From Candidatus Eiseniibacteriota bacterium (GTDB lineage: Bacteria; Eisenbacteria; RBG-16-71-46): a stretch of DNA of 22,230 nucleotides. This document shows positions 16,419 through 22,230 of this stretch, piece after piece (position 1 is the first letter of the stretch; every line of letters begins with the position of its first letter). The position numbers were made by a program, and so were the translations under genes. The notes beneath the pieces were generated by a model. That model had not been told where the DNA came from and did not search any database. It saw nothing but the letters and a program-made list of their open reading frames with translations. The stretch covers positions 1 through 22,230 of the forward strand of contig JANMQY010000055.1 in the NCBI GenBank assembly GCA_031370785.1. The letters are read 5' to 3'.

Positions 16419-17767
16419 TGGACGAAGTCTCCGGGAGCGGTGCTGTGCCCGACGCCGGAATCGCGGGGATTACCGGGCCCGGCGGCGCAGCCCGCTCCGG
16501 AGAAATATCCGCCGCCGAGGCGGAGCGCGATGACGCGCCCGCACGCGACGACGCGATGCGCCCCGAGCGCTTGGTCCTGCACGTGGACATCGATGCGTTC
16601 TTCGCCGCGATCGAGCAGCAGCGCGATCCGCGCCTGGCCGGCCGCCCGGTGATCGTGGGCGCGGGCGTCATCGCCTCGTGCTCGTACGAGGCGCGGCGCT
16701 TCGGCCTCAAGGCCGGCATGCCGCTTTCCGAGGCCACGCGGCTGTGCCCCGATGCCGTGATCGTCGAGGGCCACGCGCAGGTATACCGCTGCTTCGCCGG
16801 GGAGATCTTCGCGCGGTGCCGCGAGATCTCCCCGGCGGTCGAGACCTATCTCGACGAGGCGTACTGCGATCTCAGCGGCACCGTGCGCCTGCACGGCGAC
16901 CCGCTGCTCGCGGTTGCGGCGCTCAAGCGCGACATCCGCGCCGCGACCGGGCTTGGCGTGACCTGCGGGCTCGGGCCCAACCGCATGCTCGCAAAGCTGA
17001 TCGGCAAGACGGTCAAGCCCGATGGCCTGGCGCGCATCCAGGCGCACGACGCGCACGCGTTTCTCACCGCGCGCCCGATCGAGCAGCTCGCGGGCGTGGG
17101 CCACTCGCACGCGCGCACGCTGCGCTCGATGAACCTCAACACCATCGGAGACCTGCGCGCGCTGCCGGCCGACACGCTGGAAGCGCTGTTCGGCGCGCCG
17201 GGGCGGCTGCTCCACCAGCGCTGCCGCGGCCTCGACACCGCGGTGGTGAGTGAGCGTGAGGTGCCGCTCACCCTCTCGCGCGAGACCTCGTTCCACCGCG
17301 ACACCGCCGAGCGCGTCGAGATCGAGGGCATGCTCGAATACCTCGCCTCGCGCGCCTGCCGCGCGGCGCGCGATCTCGGATTGCGCGCGCGCACCGTGTC
17401 GCTGCGGCTGCGCTACACCGACGGCGAGAGCGCCGAGCGGGCGCGCTCGCTCGCCATGCCGAGCGACGCCGATCCGGCGGTGGTCGATCTGACGCGCACG
17501 CTGCTCGCGCAGCTCTTCACCCGGCGCGTCGCGCTCCACGCGGTCGGCGTCACGCTTTCCTCGTTCACGCGCACCGGCGTCGAGCAGGGGTCCCTGTTCG
17601 ACGAGCCCGAGGCCGGCCGCCAGGCCGCGCTGTACCACGCGTTCGACGTGGTGCGGGAAGCGTACGGGCACGGCGTGCTGGTGTCGGGCCACGCGTTGCA
17701 CCTCAAAGGTCGGCTGGAAGAGGATCGCCACGGCTTCGTGCTGCGCACCCCGTCGCTTACCCGCTAG
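16418..17767 (+). CDS. dinB: Y-family DNA polymerase IV, catalytic residues intact
   Basis: HVDIDAFFAAIEQ, SCSYEARRFG, YLDEAYCD, NRMLAKL..K..KPDG, GVG HhH, little-finger SRETSF; clamp motif QGSLF; RecA-NT-like tail. Start uncertain (16382, 16418 or 16556). Confidence 0.93.
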   Translation: MDEVSGSGAVPDAGIAGITGPGGAARSGEISAAEAERDDAPARDDAMRPERLVLHVDIDAFFAAIEQQRDPRLAGRPVIVGAGVIASCSYEARRFGLKAGMPLSEATRLCPDAVIVEGHAQVYRCFAGEIFARCREISPAVETYLDEAYCDLSGTVRLHGDPLLAVAALKRDIRAATGLGVTCGLGPNRMLAKLIGKTVKPDGLARIQAHDAHAFLTARPIEQLAGVGHSHARTLRSMNLNTIGDLRALPADTLEALFGAPGRLLHQRCRGLDTAVVSEREVPLTLSRETSFHRDTAERVEIEGMLEYLASRACRAARDLGLRARTVSLRLRYTDGESAERARSLAMPSDADPAVVDLTRTLLAQLFTRRVALHAVGVTLSSFTRTGVEQGSLFDEPEAGRQAALYHAFDVVREAYGHGVLVSGHALHLKGRLEEDRHGFVLRTPSLTR

Positions 17768-17799
17768 CCCATCCCCACTCCCCTTTTCGGAGGCCCCGC

Positions 17800-18180
17800 A
17801 TGCAACCCTCGACGTTCCTCGGACTGCGCACCGTCATCTATCCGGTCGCCGACCTCGCGAAGGCAACCGCCTGGTATCGCGTGGTGTTGGACATCGATCC
17901 CTATTTCGACGAGCCGTTCTACGTCGGCTTCAACCTCGGCGGCTTCGAGCTGGGCCTCAATCCCGACGAGGGCGCGCCGCCGTCCGGAGTGGGTGGCGCA
18001 GTCGCCTATTGGGGTGTCGAGCGCATGGCCACAGCGTGGCCGCGTCTGCTCGCGCTCGGCGCGACGTCGGTGAGCGAGCCGCAGGACGTCGGCAGCGGCA
18101 TCTTCGTGGCCACGGTGCGCGACCCGTTCGGCAATCTGATCGGCGTGATCGAGAACCCGAATTTCCCGAACACCGCCTAG
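17800..18180 (+). CDS. VOC/glyoxalase/bleomycin-resistance family protein
   Basis: GGAGG RBS; GLRTVIYPVADLAKATAWY, YVGFNLGGFELGL, DVGSGI.VATVRDPFGNLIGVIENP. Confidence 0.9.
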   Translation: MQPSTFLGLRTVIYPVADLAKATAWYRVVLDIDPYFDEPFYVGFNLGGFELGLNPDEGAPPSGVGGAVAYWGVERMATAWPRLLALGATSVSEPQDVGSGIFVATVRDPFGNLIGVIENPNFPNTA

Positions 18181-18211
18181 AGCCGCGATCGTGCGAAGCG
18201 GTCCGGGACGT

Positions 18212-18255
18212 CGCGGGCGAGCCGGGTCCGGGGCCATTTCGCGGCTCGACCCGCG
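18212..18255 (+). terminator. GC-rich hairpin after the VOC gene (no U-tract)
   Basis: CGCGGG-CGAGCCG pairs with CGGCTCG-a-CCCGCG (13 bp, one bulge). Confidence 0.35.
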
Positions 18256-18293
18256 CTCACGCGAAGGGGGCGACGTGCCGATAATGAGCCATC

Positions 18294-19022
18294 ATGACCT
18301 CCCCCGCTCCGCTTCGCCCGAGTCGCGCGCCGCTGCTGGTGCGCCTGTTCACGGCACCGCTTACACCCGCCCAGGTGGAGCGCCGGGCCCGCCAGACGCT
18401 GCGCCCGGCGCTCCAGCTGATGGTCGTGCTCGTGCCGGTAGCGCTGCTGAGCTGGCTCGGCTACGTCGCCTTCGACCTGTGGTCGCAGGTGCCGCCATCG
18501 CTGGCCCCGCGCCACCGCGCCGAGGCGCTGTGCTTCGCGCTCGCGCATCCCGACCTGGTGACCGGGGAGCGCTTCCAGCCGCCGATGCGGATCGAGCCGA
18601 GCGCGGCGATGATGCGCGACCGGTTCACTCCCGAGACGCCCGCCGCGGTGGCACTGCGCAACGTGATGCATCTCGACGAGAGCATGGTGATCCGCGAGTG
18701 GCACCGCCGGGCGGGCGACTTCGACGTGACCTGCCTGTGGCTGCGCCTGCCGGCCGGCAGCGGCGCGGGAGAGGGATCCGCGGGCGAAGCGCGCCACTGG
18801 CTGGTGCTGAGCTGGATGGAGGACGGCGACCTGGCGGTGTGCAACTTCCGCTTCGCGGGCTCGGGCTACAGTCTCTCGGATCAGGAGCGCATCTGGGGCC
18901 AGCGGCTGGTGAACCGCGTGCTGGTCACCGACAACTTCCGGGCTGGCGTGCTGCCGGCCGTGCGCCTGCGCGGCGCGCGCGACGGCACCATGCCGGTGTT
19001 CGGCCCTCCCTCGGCGCGCTGA
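18294..19022 (+). CDS. Hypothetical single-TM membrane protein
   Basis: 242 aa, GC3-rich codon usage, one TM (LMVVLVPVALLSWLGYVAF) followed by a globular domain; GATAAT 8 nt before the ATG. Confidence 0.72.
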   Translation: MTSPAPLRPSRAPLLVRLFTAPLTPAQVERRARQTLRPALQLMVVLVPVALLSWLGYVAFDLWSQVPPSLAPRHRAEALCFALAHPDLVTGERFQPPMRIEPSAAMMRDRFTPETPAAVALRNVMHLDESMVIREWHRRAGDFDVTCLWLRLPAGSGAGEGSAGEARHWLVLSWMEDGDLAVCNFRFAGSGYSLSDQERIWGQRLVNRVLVTDNFRAGVLPAVRLRGARDGTMPVFGPPSAR

Positions 19023-19029
19023 GCGAACG

Positions 19030-19047
19030 CGGGAGCGCGCGCTCCCG
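19030..19047. terminator. Perfect 18-bp palindrome between convergent genes
   Basis: CGGGAGCGCGCGCTCCCG lies in the 26-nt gap between stops at 19022 (+) and 19049 (-). Confidence 0.5.
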
Positions 19048-19048
19048 A

Positions 19049-19510
19049 TCAGGCGGGCTTCGGCCCGTCGGGACGGTCCGCCAGACAGATCAGGGTCTGC
19101 GTGCCGAACGCGCAGCGGCTCGATCGCCCATCCTTCTCGACCACGACCTCGAGCGTGCACACGGTCAGCGTCCGCCCCGAGCGCATGACCGATCCGGTCG
19201 CGATCAGGCGCGTGCCGTCGGCGGGCGCCAGCAGGTGCATGTGGTACTCGACGCTCAGCACCGAGGATCCTTCGGGCATGAGCGTGTAGCCCGCGTAGCC
19301 GCCCGCGCTGTCGGCGATGGTGCCCACGATCCCGGCGTGGAAGTAGCCATGCTGCTGGGTCAGATCCTCGCGGAACGGCAGCTCGATTGCGACCACGCCG
19401 GGCTCGACGCGGGTCAGCCAGGCCCCGAGCAGTCCCATGATGCGCTGGCGCTCGAAACTGTCGCGCACGCGCTTCGCGTATCCGGGATCGCGCGGCTGGA
19501 ATCCGCTCAT
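19049..19510 (-). CDS. PaaI family hotdog-fold thioesterase
   Basis: GGAG RBS before ATG 19510; LTQQHGYFHAGIVGTIADSAGGYA, VLSVEY…LLAPA, SGRTLTVC motifs. Confidence 0.92.
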   Translation of the reverse strand: MSGFQPRDPGYAKRVRDSFERQRIMGLLGAWLTRVEPGVVAIELPFREDLTQQHGYFHAGIVGTIADSAGGYAGYTLMPEGSSVLSVEYHMHLLAPADGTRLIATGSVMRSGRTLTVCTLEVVVEKDGRSSRCAFGTQTLICLADRPDGPKPA

Positions 19511-19608
19511 CGGGCGCTCCGTCGTCAGGGTGAGGATCGTGCGCGGGCGCGGCACGGCGCACGGCGGGCGCATGCTAGCACCGGCGGCGCGCGCGAAGCA
19601 GCCTCGCG

Positions 19609-22230
19609 ATGAGCCGGTTCACGCCTCTGCGCGTGCGCTCGCACGGCTCGCTGCTCGAGGGCACCGCCTCGCCCGAGGCGCTGGTGACGCGCGCGCTCGA
19701 GTACGGCTGCAGCGCACTCGCGCTCACCGACCGCGACAACCTGTACCTCGCGATCCGCTTCTGGAAGGCGGCCCGCGCCGAGGGACTGACGCCGCTGCTG
19801 GGCGCCGAGCTGACCGCGGGCGAGCGCGACGCGCCCGGGCAGCGTGCCGCGCTGCTGCTGCCGCTCGACCGGCGCGGGTATGCGCGGCTGTGCGCGCTGC
19901 TCACCGCGCGGCACCTCGATGCGGACTTCGATCTGGTCACCGCGCTCGGCGAAGGCGCCGCCGGTCTCCTTGTGAGCGTCGTGACTCCGGCGCTCGCCGC
20001 GGCGCTGCGGGCCGCCGGCATGCCGGCGGCCGCCTCTGCTCGCGGCGCCGGGCCCGCCGGCGGCCTGTGGCTCGGCGTGCGCGGGCTTCCGCACGAGCGC
20101 ACCCGGCTCGCCGAGCGGCTGGATGCGGCGCGCGCGCTCGGTGTGCCGGCGGTCGCGACCGGCGACTGCGTGATGCTCGAGCCGCGCGATCGCGAGGGAC
20201 ACGCGATCGCGGTGACCGCGGCGCGCGGCGAGCTGCTCGAGCGCATGCCGCCAGCGGCGTTCGCCGCTCGCGAGGCGTGGCTCGCCTCGCCCGCCGAGTG
20301 GACGCGGCGCGTGCGCGCGCTGTGCTCGGGCGCCGGAAGGCCCGAAGCGGCCGACATGCTGCTCGCCCACAACCACGAGCTGGCCGCGCGCTGCCGGCTC
20401 GAGCTCGAGCTGGGCACGCCGATCTTCCCGCGCCATCCCGACATCGACGGCGAGGGCGGCCTGGCGCGGCTCGAGCGCGTCGGGCGCGAAGGGCTGCGCC
20501 GACGCTACGGCAGCGATGATCCGCGCGCCGGCCGCCGCGTGCGCGACGCGCGGGAGCGTCTCCGCGAGGAGCTGACGATGATCGAGCGCATGGGCTTCAC
20601 CGACTACTTCCTGCTGGTCGCCGAGATCGTGGGCTTCGCGCGCGCGCGCGGCATCCCGAGCGTGGGCCGCGGCTCGGGCGCGAGTTCGATCGTGGCCTAC
20701 GTGCTCGGCATCACCAACGTGGACCCGATCCGCTACGGGCTCTGCTTCGAGCGCTTCCTCAATCCCTCGCGCCGCGATTGTCCCGACCTCGACATCGACC
20801 TGTGCTGGAAGCGCCGCGACGAAGTGATCGCACACGTGTACGACGCGTACGGCCACGATCGAGTCGCGATGATCTCGACCCACGCCACGCTCGGGGCGAG
20901 ATCGGCGTTCCGCGAAACCGCCAAGGCGCTCGGCGTGCCCAACGCGCGCGTGAACGCGCTGGCGCGGCGCGTTCCGCGCGACCTGGAGCCGCCGTACCGC
21001 GAACACCTGCAGGCGCTGCCGCACGCGCGCGACGTGGACTGGCGCGAGCCGACGCTGGCGCGCGCGCTGGCGCTGGCCGAGCGACTGTCGGGCGCGCCGC
21101 GGCACCTGTCGGTCCATTCCGGTGGCGTGGTGATCGCGGATCGGCCGCTCACCCACTACGTGCCGCTCGAACGCGCCGCCAAGAACGTGGTGGTCACCCA
21201 GTTCGAGATGCGCGCGATCGAAGCCATCGGGCTGGTCAAGATGGACCTGCTCGGTAACCGCGCGCTCACCGAGATCGGGGAATGCATCGAGCTGGTGGCG
21301 CGCCATCGCGGCGTCACGGTGGATCCGGACCGTGTGCCCGACGATGATCCGATGACCGCGGCGCGGGTCTGCTCGGGCGACACCCTCAACTGCTTCCAGC
21401 TCGAATCGCCGGCGATGCGCCACCTGCTGCGCATGTTGCGCGCGCGGAACCTCGAGGACGCCATCGCCGCGGTCGCCCTGATCCGGCCCGGGCCCGCCGG
21501 CTCATCGGGGGTCGAGGGGAGCGACCGCAACACCAAGGAGACATTCTGCCGGCGCCAGCGCGGCCTCGAGCCCGCAGCCTATCTACACCCGCGCCTCGAG
21601 CCGGTGCTGCGCGACACCCACGGCCTCATGCTCTACGAAGAGGACGTGCTGCGCGCCGCGGCGGCGATGACGAACCTCACCCTCGCCCAGGGCGACGACC
21701 TGCGCCGCGCGATCGGGCATGCGAGCGGCGACGAGGAGTTCCGCGCGCTGGAGCGCGGGTTCGTCGGGCACTGCGCGCACGCCGGGGTCAACGAGGCCAG
21801 TGCGCGCGCGGTATGGCGCGACCTCACCCGGTTCGCCGCGTACGCGTTCTGCCGCGCACACGCCGCGGGCTACGGCACGCTGGGCTGGCAGACCGCGTAT
21901 CTCAAGAGCCACTTCCCGACCGAATACGCGGTCGCGATCCTCAACCATCACGCCGGGATGTATCCGACCTGGGTGCACGTCGAAGACCTGCGCCGCCACG
22001 GCGTCGAGTTCCGCGCCCCGTGCGTGAACCGCTCGGAGTGGGACACGACGCTCGAGGTGGCCCAGGACGAGCTCCGGGGGCCGCAGCCGGGGCATGCCTT
22101 CGGGGTGCGCCCGAGTCGCCCGGCAGCTCCGGGGGTCGCAGCCGGGGGGGTGGCGCGCGGGGGGGCCCCGGGGGCCCGGGGCCCCGGGGGGGGGGCGGGG
22201 GGCGGGGGGGAGCGGGCGGGGCCGGGGAGG
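19609..22230 (+). CDS. dnaE2: Error-prone DNA polymerase III alpha subunit (DnaE2/ImuC-like), 3'-truncated by the window end
   Basis: Open frame from ATG 19609 (MSRFTPLRVRSHGSLLEGTASPE) with no stop. Degenerate PHP domain; GRGSGASS, FERFLNPSR, catalytic PDLDID (20782-20799) and KMDLLG (21238-21255), HLSVHSGG, FQLESPAM, IRPGP, AYAFCRAHAAGY, YLKSHFP. Confidence 0.92.
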   Translation, partial: MSRFTPLRVRSHGSLLEGTASPEALVTRALEYGCSALALTDRDNLYLAIRFWKAARAEGLTPLLGAELTAGERDAPGQRAALLLPLDRRGYARLCALLTARHLDADFDLVTALGEGAAGLLVSVVTPALAAALRAAGMPAAASARGAGPAGGLWLGVRGLPHERTRLAERLDAARALGVPAVATGDCVMLEPRDREGHAIAVTAARGELLERMPPAAFAAREAWLASPAEWTRRVRALCSGAGRPEAADMLLAHNHELAARCRLELELGTPIFPRHPDIDGEGGLARLERVGREGLRRRYGSDDPRAGRRVRDARERLREELTMIERMGFTDYFLLVAEIVGFARARGIPSVGRGSGASSIVAYVLGITNVDPIRYGLCFERFLNPSRRDCPDLDIDLCWKRRDEVIAHVYDAYGHDRVAMISTHATLGARSAFRETAKALGVPNARVNALARRVPRDLEPPYREHLQALPHARDVDWREPTLARALALAERLSGAPRHLSVHSGGVVIADRPLTHYVPLERAAKNVVVTQFEMRAIEAIGLVKMDLLGNRALTEIGECIELVARHRGVTVDPDRVPDDDPMTAARVCSGDTLNCFQLESPAMRHLLRMLRARNLEDAIAAVALIRPGPAGSSGVEGSDRNTKETFCRRQRGLEPAAYLHPRLEPVLRDTHGLMLYEEDVLRAAAAMTNLTLAQGDDLRRAIGHASGDEEFRALERGFVGHCAHAGVNEASARAVWRDLTRFAAYAFCRAHAAGYGTLGWQTAYLKSHFPTEYAVAILNHHAGMYPTWVHVEDLRRHGVEFRAPCVNRSEWDTTLEVAQDELRGPQPGHAFGVRPSRPAAPGVAAGGVARGGAPGARGPGGGAGGGGERAGPGR

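Noticed and set aside
16418..17767. Calling the Y-family gene imuB
   Set aside because: Catalytic residues (D in HVDID, DE in LDEAY) and the SYEAR motif are intact, whereas ImuB lacks them.
19573..19580. Palindrome TGCTAGCA upstream of dnaE2 as a second operator
   Set aside because: Only 8 bp and unlike the 16015 box. Better read as an extended -10 (TGcTAGCAT) for the minus-strand thioesterase.
19525..21423. 632-aa minus-strand ORF and other long antisense or alternate-frame ORFs (1472-3376, 13332-15248, 16169-17731, 6324-7604, 18191-19612)
   Set aside because: Shadow ORFs caused by high GC3 in genuine genes; Arg/Ala/His-rich with no motifs.
22075..22230. G-run-rich tail resembling a G-quadruplex or Gly-rich insertion in dnaE2
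   Set aside because: Complexity decays progressively to near poly-G at the very end of the sequence, which is typical of a low-quality contig end. It cannot be trusted without reads.

Overview
High-GC bacterial chromosomal window. The FlgD-Ig/T9SS-type C-terminal domain and a Fibrobacter-type LexA box suggest an FCB-group host, for example Eisenbacteria-like (inference). The left half holds lysC (aspartate kinase, apparently leaderless), a Tat-lipoprotein of the CapA family, a secreted Asp-box/VPS10-like beta-propeller protein, HU with its terminator, and an amidohydrolase-ABC transporter-thioredoxin operon. The middle is a lower-GC patch of small hypotheticals, including an internally deleted DUF805 minigene. 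It is followed by a minus-strand cluster in which an active and a catalytically dead alpha/beta-hydrolase paralog flank a multi-TM+TPR protein. The right half is a non-canonical SOS mutagenesis locus: a near-perfect LexA-type palindrome inside a sigma70 promoter, a stand-alone ImuB-C/DUF6504-like protein, a doubly coupled Arg-rich micro-ORF, a catalytically intact DinB with clamp and RecA-NT-like motifs, and an error-prone DnaE2 (from 19609, missing from the ORF track because it runs off the window). No imuA or imuB is visible. No rRNA, tRNA, CRISPR array or mobile element was found.
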